24,000 nt of DNA from sequence record OM982619.1, one strand, 5' to 3'. Below, piece by piece: positions 16,936-24,000 of the stretch. Source of the DNA: Pseudomonas phage Almagne. How positions within the stretch are numbered: position 1 is the first letter of the stretch; each line of letters starts with the position of its first letter. Below the pieces are notes generated by a model. The model saw nothing but the letters and a program-made list of their open reading frames with translations, searched no databases and was not told where the DNA came from. A program made the position numbers and the translations under genes.

Positions 16936-17506
16936 TTTTGCTAAAGAAGATAAAGTTCGGGTAATCAAACTCTACGGCATCTTGGGCCACCTGTTTGGTC
17001 GATACCATGAGTTTGTGGTTCACTCCCCCGCTGAGGCAATCGGGGCTCTCTGTAACCTGATTGATGGTTTCGAAGAGTTTCTTTACGGCGCTAAAGATCG
17101 CGGGCTCACCTTTGGCGTATTCACCGGCAAGAACAACCTGCGAGCCGACCAGCTCAAGCACCCGTGTGGTTCTGATGAGATTCGTATTGCCCCCATCGTA
17201 ATCGGCAATAAACGACAAGGACTTCTGCAAACCATCATCGGTGTTGTCCTAGTTGTTGCAGCGGTGTTCTTCCCCGTCTTGTGGCCTGCAGCCATCACCA
17301 TGTTGGCCGGGGGCGTTATCTCGATGCTCTCACCACAGACTAAGGGGCTGGGGACTCAGGATGCTCCTAATAACCGGGCGAGTTACTCCTTTAATGGGCC
17401 GGTCAATACCAGTGCCCAGGGCGGGGCTATCCCAGTCCTTTATGGTCGTATGATTGTTGGTAGCTATGTTATCAGCGCGGGTATTCAAGCGGAGGATCAG
17501 CAATGA
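16928..17506 (+). CDS. Tail assembly protein, lambda gpI-like
   Basis: Position between K-like and J-like genes; 'DKVRVIKLYGILGHLFGRYHEFVVHSPAEAIGALCNLI' and hydrophobic C-terminal segment. ATG 16928 preferred over GTG 16913. Confidence 0.88.
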   Translation: MADFAKEDKVRVIKLYGILGHLFGRYHEFVVHSPAEAIGALCNLIDGFEEFLYGAKDRGLTFGVFTGKNNLRADQLKHPCGSDEIRIAPIVIGNKRQGLLQTIIGVVLVVAAVFFPVLWPAAITMLAGGVISMLSPQTKGLGTQDAPNNRASYSFNGPVNTSAQGGAIPVLYGRMIVGSYVISAGIQAEDQQ

Positions 17507-20500
17507 CAGTTTTCCTGATTGGTAACAAGGGTGGCGAAGATCCACCGCGCGCTGCTGTTGAATCCCCCGACAGCTTGGCCAGCATCTCGTATGCCAACAT
17601 CCTCGACCTTTGTAGTGAGGGTGAGATTAAGGGACTGGTTAAAGGCTTGCAGTCAGTCTTTTTGAACGAGACCCCGGTTCAAAATGCTGATGGCTCCAAT
17701 AACTACAGCAGTATGCAAATTCAGTACCGACTCGGAACTCAGGATCAGGAGTACTTGCCTGGCTTCCCTGCGGTAGAAAACGAACGTCAGGTAAATTTTC
17801 CCCTAAAAGCCAACTCACCTTTTGTCCAAGCCCTAACTAACAATCAGCTTTCGGGTGTCAGAGTCTTGCTGGCAGTTCCCCGGCTTTTTTACCAAAACCC
17901 CACATCGGGTGATACCACAGGTACTCGGGTTGAGTACAGTATCAGCCTGAAAACCGGCGACGGGGCTTTTGTTGAGGTGGTTAAGGGGGCTTTTGACGGT
18001 AAAACGACTACTCAGTACGAAAGAACTCACCGGATTGATTTGCCTAAATCCTCTTCTGGGTGGACCCTTAGGGTAGACCGTCAGACGGCTGACACCTCAC
18101 CCGGGGCCACGAACGCTACAACTGTGGTGTCTTACACGGAGGTTATTGACCGCAAGTTGCGTTATCCAAATAGCGCCATCTTCGGTATGAAGTTTGACGC
18201 TTCTCAGTTCAGCCAAACCCCAACCCGGGCTTATGAATTGGAGGGCATAATCCTACGGGTTCCCGCTAATTACGACCCAGTAACCAGAACTTACACAGGT
18301 GTGTGGAATGGCACGTTTAAGTTGGCCTACAGCAACAACCCTGCCTGGATCTATTACGACCTGGTGCTAAACGATCGGTATGGCCTCGGACACTTGATTA
18401 AGCAGTATCAGGTTGACCGCTATGAACTCTATCGCATTGCCCAGTACTGCGATCAGTTGGTGTCTGATGGTAAAGGTGGAACAGAACCCCGTTTCACTTG
18501 CAACCTTTATTTGCAACAACGGGCGGATGCCTTGCGAGTTATTCAGGATTTGGCCGCAATCTTCCGGGGCATGGCGTATTGGGGTGGGGGCATGGTCACG
18601 GTTACCTCGGACATGCCAGAAGATCCCCAGTATACCTACACCAATGCAAACGTGCTGGACGGCAAGTTCGAGTACAGCGGTACGGGTCGCAAGACTCGGT
18701 ATAGCATCTGCTTAGTGTCCTGGAACGACCCTAAGGACTTCTATCGGGCCAAAGTCGAGTACGTAGAAGACTCCGAGACGTTGCGTCTCTTCGGCCACCG
18801 TCAAACCGAGGCTACAGCCATTGGTTGCACCTCCCAGTCTCAGGCCCAACGCCTGGGTCGCTGGATGCTATTGACCAACAAGATGGAAACCGAAACGGTT
18901 AACTTCACGGTCGGCCTGGATGGCACTCTGGTGCGTCCTGGCAGGATTGTTCGTATCGCTAACAATGACCGAGCCGGACGCCGCATCGGGGGGCGCCTCA
19001 GGAGCGCTACGGTTAACCAGCTGGTGCTTGACGACGATGTAACCGTCTACACCGGCGACGAGATTACGGTCATTATGCCGAATGGTGTCGCGGTTACTCG
19101 TGTGGTCGCGGGGGTGGGTCGCCCGGTTACCTGGGATGGAACATCGATCACCTGGGATAACGGAACCGTTACTTGGGACCTTGAATCCTACTCCCAGGAT
19201 GTTCAGCAAGTTACCCTGAGCCAGGACCTGCCGAGTATCCCCACGATGCATTCCATTTGGGCGGTCGACTCGACCACACTGGCTACCCAGCTGTTCCGTA
19301 TCCTGACAATCTCTGAGGATTTTCAGGGCACCAACATGAACTTCAAGGTCACTGCCACTCTGCATATACCCGGCAAGTTTTCATCAGTCGATGATGGGAC
19401 TCGGCTGGAACTTCCGCCAGTAACTATCATTCCCCCAAGTATTCAAGTTCCGGTTAAGAACATTAGTGTAATTTCAGACTATGCCATTAGCCAGGGATTA
19501 GTCCAGACTACCATGACCGCTACTTGGGATCCTGCTCCTAACGCGGTTGCTTACGAGATGCAGTGGAAGTACAACAACGGCAACTGGATCTATGGGGGCC
19601 GGGTAGGTACTACATCTATCGACGTGAAAGGTATCCTTGCGGGCCGTTATCAGGTTCGAGTCCAGGCGTTTAACTCAATGGGTCTCGGATCAGTGTGGAC
19701 TAATTCCGTCGAGTTTCAATTAGCGGGTAGAACTGATCCGCCCCCTTCAGTTTCTTACTTTACCTCAGATAAGCTGGTAATGGGGATCAAGGTTAATTGG
19801 GGATTCCCGGCCACACTTGACATAGAAACTATGCAGAGGTCGGAGCTTTGGTACTCACTTACTACAAACCTGAATTCTGCTACCAAGCAGGGGGACTACG
19901 CTTATCCGGCTAATAGTGCCACAATGATGGGACTTTCTAATGGGGCGGGGTTCTACTTTTGGATTAGGCTTGTAGACAAGATAGGTAATGAAGGCCCCTT
20001 TGTGGGCCCTCTTCATGGAATCACGGAAACTAACCCAGACCTGATTCTTGAGTACCTGACCGGCGAGATTACCAAAACCCAGCTGTCTCAGGAACTGCTG
20101 ACATTTATCGAAACCGCCGCTGACCTCAGTGGGGTTAACTCGCGAATCGATAATGTCATTCAGGTTCAGAACAACGACCGCAGTACCTTCACCCAGCAAA
20201 TCAACACCGCGACTTCGGTAGCGGGTAGCGCCCAGACCAGTGCTAACAACGCCGCTCAGGCAGCCCAGGCAGCTTCTGACTTGGCTGGCGGTAAGGGTAA
20301 GGTCCTGACCCAGAACGCCACTCCAGCGGCTGCTGACCAGTTACCCCAGAACTTGTGGATCGATACTAACGGTGGGGCTAACACCCCTAAGCGTTGGAGT
20401 GGGTCCGCATGGGTGGCTGTAACCGATAAGGCGGCTACGGATGCAGCGGCGGCTGCTACTGCGGCGGCAGGGGTTGCTAATCAGGCCTCAGCGACCGCAC

Positions 20501-20979
20501 AGACGGCCATGTCCACGCTTGCCACACTGGATGGGGAGTTGGATGCCACGTACACGATCAAGACTCAGGTGACCCAGGATGGTCAACGGTATCTAGCCGG
20601 TATTGGCGTAGGGGTTACGGCTCAGCCAGGCCAGCCGCCCGTCAGTCAGGTTCTGATCACGGCGGATCGTTTTGCGGTGCTGACCAGCACAGCGGGGGGA
20701 ACAGTGTCGGCCCCATTCGTGGTCAATAATGGCCAGGTGTTCATCAACGACGCGTTCATATCGAAACTGACGGTTCAAAACGCACTCGTTGGGGCTACCC
20801 TAAGGTCTGTAGCTGAGGCGGCACCAGGCTTGCCCCTCTTGTACCTAAACTTTCAAACGGGTGACTTTGTTAGCCGGGGGGTTGGTAATGGCTATCGGGT
20901 TGAACAGAATAACAGTTTCTGGAGACTGTACTCTGACAGTTTTGCTAGTCCGTTGGTAGAATTAGGAGTGCTTACTTGA
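17503..20979 (+). CDS. Tail tip / host specificity protein, lambda gpJ-like central fibre protein (1158 aa)
   Basis: 'GGKGEDPPRAAVESPDSLASISYANILDLCSEGEIKGL'-type N-terminus (read as GNKGGEDPPRAAVESPDSLAS...), FnIII-like region, repetitive Ala-rich region; RBS ggaggatcagcaATG. Confidence 0.93.
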   Translation: MTVFLIGNKGGEDPPRAAVESPDSLASISYANILDLCSEGEIKGLVKGLQSVFLNETPVQNADGSNNYSSMQIQYRLGTQDQEYLPGFPAVENERQVNFPLKANSPFVQALTNNQLSGVRVLLAVPRLFYQNPTSGDTTGTRVEYSISLKTGDGAFVEVVKGAFDGKTTTQYERTHRIDLPKSSSGWTLRVDRQTADTSPGATNATTVVSYTEVIDRKLRYPNSAIFGMKFDASQFSQTPTRAYELEGIILRVPANYDPVTRTYTGVWNGTFKLAYSNNPAWIYYDLVLNDRYGLGHLIKQYQVDRYELYRIAQYCDQLVSDGKGGTEPRFTCNLYLQQRADALRVIQDLAAIFRGMAYWGGGMVTVTSDMPEDPQYTYTNANVLDGKFEYSGTGRKTRYSICLVSWNDPKDFYRAKVEYVEDSETLRLFGHRQTEATAIGCTSQSQAQRLGRWMLLTNKMETETVNFTVGLDGTLVRPGRIVRIANNDRAGRRIGGRLRSATVNQLVLDDDVTVYTGDEITVIMPNGVAVTRVVAGVGRPVTWDGTSITWDNGTVTWDLESYSQDVQQVTLSQDLPSIPTMHSIWAVDSTTLATQLFRILTISEDFQGTNMNFKVTATLHIPGKFSSVDDGTRLELPPVTIIPPSIQVPVKNISVISDYAISQGLVQTTMTATWDPAPNAVAYEMQWKYNNGNWIYGGRVGTTSIDVKGILAGRYQVRVQAFNSMGLGSVWTNSVEFQLAGRTDPPPSVSYFTSDKLVMGIKVNWGFPATLDIETMQRSELWYSLTTNLNSATKQGDYAYPANSATMMGLSNGAGFYFWIRLVDKIGNEGPFVGPLHGITETNPDLILEYLTGEITKTQLSQELLTFIETAADLSGVNSRIDNVIQVQNNDRSTFTQQINTATSVAGSAQTSANNAAQAAQAASDLAGGKGKVLTQNATPAAADQLPQNLWIDTNGGANTPKRWSGSAWVAVTDKAATDAAAAATAAAGVANQASATAQTAMSTLATLDGELDATYTIKTQVTQDGQRYLAGIGVGVTAQPGQPPVSQVLITADRFAVLTSTAGGTVSAPFVVNNGQVFINDAFISKLTVQNALVGATLRSVAEAAPGLPLLYLNFQTGDFVSRGVGNGYRVEQNNSFWRLYSDSFASPLVELGVLT

Positions 20980-21287
20980 TGCCAGACTTGATAGGTATGA
21001 GAATACGTGATCAAACCAGCGGTTTGGTTGTGGTCGAAATAACGGATAGATTGACAAGGATTATTGGAACTTTCAATACAGGGTCGGGGGCTGGGTCGAT
21101 GAACGTTCCCGACTTTTCTTTGGGAACGGGGTTTGCTTGCATACTGGAAGCCCCCGACCCGGTTAACAACCTTTCAAACACCTGGAGGTTTCCCCGGGTA
21201 ACTATTTCAGGCACCACCATGTCGTGGGATTTTCCCGGTCAGTCGGGAACCAACGTAGCATGCGATGTTGTCTATGGAGTTTATTGA
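20979..21287 (+). CDS. Small tail-tip accessory protein A, unknown function
   Basis: TGATG overlap with the gpJ-like stop; RBS taggag upstream. Starts 'MPDLIGMRIRDQTSGLVVVEITDRLTRIIGTF'. The track begins one codon earlier at TTG 20976. Confidence 0.75.
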   Translation: MPDLIGMRIRDQTSGLVVVEITDRLTRIIGTFNTGSGAGSMNVPDFSLGTGFACILEAPDPVNNLSNTWRFPRVTISGTTMSWDFPGQSGTNVACDVVYGVY

Positions 21288-21982
21288 TGGTAGACACTGT
21301 CGGCTTTAGAGTAAGAAACCAGGACCGTGTCCTACAGATAGATGGAACTTACACCAATATGGAGTTTAAGTCCAAGGGCACACTTACACCATCACAACAA
21401 TCTAACGACATACTGGGGTATTTTGCTGACGTTCAATCTCCCAGCCCTACCGCAGTAATTGCCGTTGTGGGTCAAGGAGATGGCGTCTATGTGAAAAAAA
21501 TGCCCAATGGTAATTTTAGGGTATACGCGGGAAGGTCACTACCTTCTCAGGTAACCCCCTTTACCTACTACATATTCGACAAGGCTAGTAATACGGACCT
21601 TGGGGGAGGTTTCGGCTTTGTGGTGCGTTCTCGGATTACAGGCCAGGTAGTATTCAATTCTAATAGGAGATACTTAAGAATACTTGACATGATTAATGCC
21701 ACGGTACTACCGGACGAGTCTTCTACGTTCAGCTATCCCGGTAAGAGCATAGCGCCTATCCAATGTCGTAAATCCTACTACCGTATTCACTCGCCGGGCG
21801 GTGCCCCTAATCAGCCCGTTTTAATCATCGGCTGGAAAAACTCCTGCATCAGGAATCTTTCAACTTCCAGCTTCAACGTATGGAATCGAGGTACACACTC
21901 CGCTCAGGTAGGTGGCAACCAGTACTACTCTGACTCAGTACCGTTTGTTTCCTACATAGTGGTTGATGTAACCGGCCTCTAG
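21287..21982 (+). CDS. Tail-tip accessory protein B, unknown function (about 231 aa)
   Basis: TGATG overlap with accessory A; RBS ggag at 21276-21279. Starts 'MVDTVGFRVRNQDRVLQIDGTYTNMEF'. The track start 21224 lies inside the previous gene. Confidence 0.75.
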   Translation: MVDTVGFRVRNQDRVLQIDGTYTNMEFKSKGTLTPSQQSNDILGYFADVQSPSPTAVIAVVGQGDGVYVKKMPNGNFRVYAGRSLPSQVTPFTYYIFDKASNTDLGGGFGFVVRSRITGQVVFNSNRRYLRILDMINATVLPDESSTFSYPGKSIAPIQCRKSYYRIHSPGGAPNQPVLIIGWKNSCIRNLSTSSFNVWNRGTHSAQVGGNQYYSDSVPFVSYIVVDVTGL

Positions 21983-21990
21983 GACACTCA

Positions 21991-22031
21991 AAATAAAAGC
22001 CGGTGGGGTAGCATACCCCCCGGCCTTATTT
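21991..22031. terminator. Probable bidirectional terminator between convergent transcription units
   Basis: AAATAAAAGCCGGTGGGGTA-GCA-TACCCCCCGGCCTTATTT: near-perfect hairpin with A tract on the left and T-rich tract on the right, between genes of opposite strand. Confidence 0.85.
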
Positions 22032-22058
22032 CCCGCCTCAGCGCATCTCAGCGCCCTT

Positions 22059-22310
22059 CTACCGCGTAATTACCAGACGGCAACGCTCTGGACCCCGCCA
22101 GCGGGCTTTAAACTCCTCGAAGTAACCCCCATCAAACACCCGGATGAATTCCTTGATAGTCGACACATCACCCAGCACCACACACTCGCCATCGAACTGG
22201 TGATTCTCGATCCCGGTCCAGAAGCGAAGGTTATGCTCTGCCTTGGGGCTAACGTCCCCGGCCTTCACCGATACCCCATCCTCATAAAGGATCTCAAGGT
22301 TGTACCTCAT
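22059..22310 (-). CDS. Hypothetical phage protein (83 aa)
   Basis: Last gene of the minus-strand cluster; stop/start overlap with the exonuclease gene. Confidence 0.65.
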   Translation of the reverse strand: MRYNLEILYEDGVSVKAGDVSPKAEHNLRFWTGIENHQFDGECVVLGDVSTIKEFIRVFDGGYFEEFKARWRGPERCRLVITR

Positions 22311-22846
22311 TTCCAGGTTCTCCCCGTAGACACATAGATGCCACGCAACACCTTAACTTGAAACAGGCAGTCTTCTACCGCTTGGTGATTACCCCGAACC
22401 GGCACTGACTGGTACTCATCCGGGTACTGCTTACGGATCGTGCGGAAGTCCCGCGAGTCGTTGTACTGCCAGTGGTACGGAATACCGAAGTCGGCCAGGT
22501 AGGCTTCCAACATAACCTGGTCGTACTGTGGTCCAGCAAACCAGCACGGGCCAACGTTGTGTTTTCTGAGGAAAGCGTTCATGTCGTGCATAGCCTGCTC
22601 GGCGCTGATACCGAGACGCATGATGTCACGCTGCAACTGGTGCCAGCAGTCCTGCTCCTTCCACCACTCGAGTGTGGTCTTCTCGACGGATGCCCAGCGC
22701 GGCAAGCCCTCCTTCTTGACCAGGATGCGCAGGCTTTCAATAACCTCGCCCTTGTCGTTAAACGCTACTACCCCGATCTCCATAAGTGGAGCCCGGAACG
22801 GTTTGTTGAGACGAAGTGCCTCAACGTCGATCATCGCATGGTTCAT
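22307..22846 (-). CDS. 3'-5' exonuclease, DEDD superfamily, Rv2179c/DexA-like (179 aa)
   Basis: 'MNHAMIDVEAL' (Exo I), 'LMEIGVVAFNDKGEVIES', 'WFAGPQYDQVMLEAYLADFGIPYHW', 'SRDFRTIRK', 'VRGNHQAVEDCLFQVKVL' (Exo III HxAxxD). Confidence 0.85.
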   Translation of the reverse strand: MNHAMIDVEALRLNKPFRAPLMEIGVVAFNDKGEVIESLRILVKKEGLPRWASVEKTTLEWWKEQDCWHQLQRDIMRLGISAEQAMHDMNAFLRKHNVGPCWFAGPQYDQVMLEAYLADFGIPYHWQYNDSRDFRTIRKQYPDEYQSVPVRGNHQAVEDCLFQVKVLRGIYVSTGRTWK

Positions 22847-23046
22847 TGGTCTTTAGCCTTTTGCAGAAGAGCATCGTGGTTGGGGCCCAGCAGGGTGTCA
22901 GGATCGCCGCCCAGGCGACGAATAATTTGACGCCAGGTATCGTCAAGTGTGCGGCGGTGAACATTGCAAAGAGGCCGATTGGATACCTCAGCGTACCAAC
23001 GTTCTACCGCCCAGTTGAGTTCCTCTTGCTTGATGTCTTCGTTCAT
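22843..23046 (-). CDS. Hypothetical phage protein (67 aa)
   Basis: Coupled start/stop overlap with neighbours in the minus-strand cluster. Confidence 0.6.
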   Translation of the reverse strand: MNEDIKQEELNWAVERWYAEVSNRPLCNVHRRTLDDTWRQIIRRLGGDPDTLLGPNHDALLQKAKDQ

Positions 23047-23345
23047 ACTTCTTCCTCAGGGTTAATGCCGTGCCGGTACTGGTCGCACAGGAGCCAGCCC
23101 TTCCAGCGTTTTTCAAGATTAGCGTTTTTGTAGGTGCGGTGGATCGAGTGACGGCCCAGCGCCAGAGCGCCCGGGTATTTGACAGCGGCCATCCGTTCAA
23201 ATTCCATGCGAGAACGTGGTTCGGTGAACTGGTCCCCAGCGAAGTCCTCAGCGGCTTCATTAAGAGCCTCTTCACCAGCCCAAGGGGACTTCATCTCGAA
23301 CCAGTGAGCCCCGGCAATAAAGGCAAGCTGCACAATCTTCCTCAT
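23043..23345 (-). CDS. Hypothetical phage protein, about 100 aa
   Basis: Internal ATG at 23345 overlaps the upstream gene's TGA (23344-23342), so it is preferred over the track start 23378. 'MRKIVQLAFIAGAHWFEMKSPWAGEEALNEAAEDFA...'. Confidence 0.6.
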   Translation of the reverse strand: MRKIVQLAFIAGAHWFEMKSPWAGEEALNEAAEDFAGDQFTEPRSRMEFERMAAVKYPGALALGRHSIHRTYKNANLEKRWKGWLLCDQYRHGINPEEEV

Positions 23346-23533
23346 ACGTCTTCCCCAAGGTGTCGGGCGGCTTCCCACACGACCTGAGACAGCGTGCGCT
23401 TGTACTCCACCAGGACTTCACCATCCATGTGAGCAGACCAGCGATTGCCGTGTTCATCATCTTTGCGGAACTCGACGTTGGCCCCGTTTTCGAGCTTAGT
23501 CTTGAGAATTGCTACAGCGGTTTTCATGGCCAT
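23342..23533 (-). CDS. Hypothetical phage protein (about 63 aa)
   Basis: AAGGAG RBS followed by ATG at 23533; 'MAMKTAVAILKTKLENGANVEFRKDDEHGNRWSAHMDGEVLVEYKRTLSQVVWEAARHLGEDV'. The start overlaps the upstream stop. Confidence 0.65.
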   Translation of the reverse strand: MAMKTAVAILKTKLENGANVEFRKDDEHGNRWSAHMDGEVLVEYKRTLSQVVWEAARHLGEDV

Positions 23534-23802
23534 CACTGGCTCCTTATACGGTGAATTTGTTCTAGACGGGATCGGCAGTAACGCCGGGATACCCCTAGCC
23601 TGTGGGATATGGAGTCCGCCACAAGCTGCCTCAGTTCCTGCTGATCATACACAACAAAGTCTTCCCACGCCTTGAGGGTCTCAGAAAGTGAAGCGATCTG
23701 ACGGCGGCGTATAGGTGTAGGACTGGATTCGTGCAGCTTCTTGAGGTTTTCCAGTACCTGACTCAACAGGACAAATTTGACGGAATCGTTCGGGGCTGTC
23801 AT
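23533..23802 (-). CDS. Hypothetical phage protein (89 aa)
   Basis: Stop overlaps the downstream start; charged helical sequence. Confidence 0.55.
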   Translation of the reverse strand: MTAPNDSVKFVLLSQVLENLKKLHESSPTPIRRRQIASLSETLKAWEDFVVYDQQELRQLVADSISHRLGVSRRYCRSRLEQIHRIRSQ

Positions 23803-23926
23803 ACCACAATCCTCCTGAGTTCATGTTGCAGTAGAGTTCTTGCTGCTTGACTTCATCTTCGAAGTCCCAGCCGTTGACTGTGGCGATAATCGCGCCCAGA
23901 ATAATGCCAATAATGAAATTCTTCAC
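23681..23926 (-). CDS. Small predicted membrane/exported protein
   Basis: GTG start candidate at 23926: 'MKNFIIGIILGAIIATVNGWDFEDEVKQQELYCNMNSGGLWYDSPERFRQIC...' has an N-terminal hydrophobic segment. It overlaps the previous ORF by about 120 nt. An upstream GTG at 23932 is an alternative. Confidence 0.5.
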   Translation of the reverse strand: MKNFIIGIILGAIIATVNGWDFEDEVKQQELYCNMNSGGLWYDSPERFRQICPVESGTGKPQEAARIQSYTYTPPSDRFTF

Positions 23927-24000
23927 AGACACACGTTCCTTTCGTTTAGGTAGCATGCACGGGCGTAGGCTTTACTCCATAGCAGGCCGTCACGGGTATT
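23923..24000 (-). CDS. C-terminal end of an ORF continuing beyond the window
   Basis: Open minus-strand frame ...NTRDGLLWSKAYARACYLNERNVCL*; TGA (23925-23923) overlaps the GTG start of the next gene. Confidence 0.45.
   Translation of the reverse strand, partial: NTRDGLLWSKAYARACYLNERNVCL

Noticed and set aside
17884-17891. T6 run in the gpJ-like gene as a frameshift site
   Set aside because: Codons CTT TTT TAC do not form a suitable slippery heptamer in frame and the zero frame stays open for over 1000 codons.
18868-20199. Minus-strand ORFs (165 and 114 aa) inside the gpJ-like gene
   Set aside because: Shadow ORFs with no recognisable features, opposite conserved tail-tip coding sequence.
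20220-20520. Ala-rich repeat-like stretch in the gpJ-like gene (NNAAQAAQAAS, DAAAAATAAAG)
   Set aside because: Common helical or linker composition in tail-tip and fibre proteins; I found no regular nucleotide repeat unit and no sign of a variable-repeat/template system.
22472-22930. 152-aa plus-strand ORF opposite the exonuclease gene
   Set aside because: Antisense to an exonuclease with conserved motifs; no domain features and it would break the convergent operon structure.
1-24000. CRISPR array, tRNA genes, transposon ends, integrase or diversity-generating retroelement
   Set aside because: I saw no regularly spaced repeats, tRNA-like cloverleaf, transposase/integrase or reverse transcriptase motif by eye. 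A tRNAscan/repeat search would be needed to exclude these fully.

Overview
The window is the late structural region of a tailed dsDNA phage (Caudoviricetes, siphovirus-like), not a host locus. + strand order: partial o-spanin/Rz1-like ORF; C39-like cysteine peptidase; small ORF; terminase large subunit; portal (DUF4055-like); MuF-like head morphogenesis protein; scaffold-like protein; major capsid protein; two small head ORFs; hairpin terminator; head-tail connector set; tail tube; tail assembly chaperone with an apparent programmed -1 frameshift; tape measure; lambda gpM-like protein; inserted tail-fibre-like gene with two small ORFs; lambda gpL-, gpK-, gpI- and gpJ-like proteins; two small related tail-tip ORFs. 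A strong hairpin near 22.0 kb separates this operon from a convergent minus-strand cluster that includes a Rv2179c/DexA-type 3'-5' exonuclease. The best signal missing from the ORF track is the -1 frameshift at T_TTT_TTC (10625-10631), which extends the 139-aa chaperone into a start-codon-less 110-codon frame ending at 10963. I see no convincing wholly new system such as a defence island, retron or CRISPR. The most atypical points are the signal-peptide-like N-terminus of the capsid protein, the fibre cassette between the M-like and L-like genes, and the peptidase between the lysis gene and terminase. All family calls come from motif and synteny recognition without database searches.
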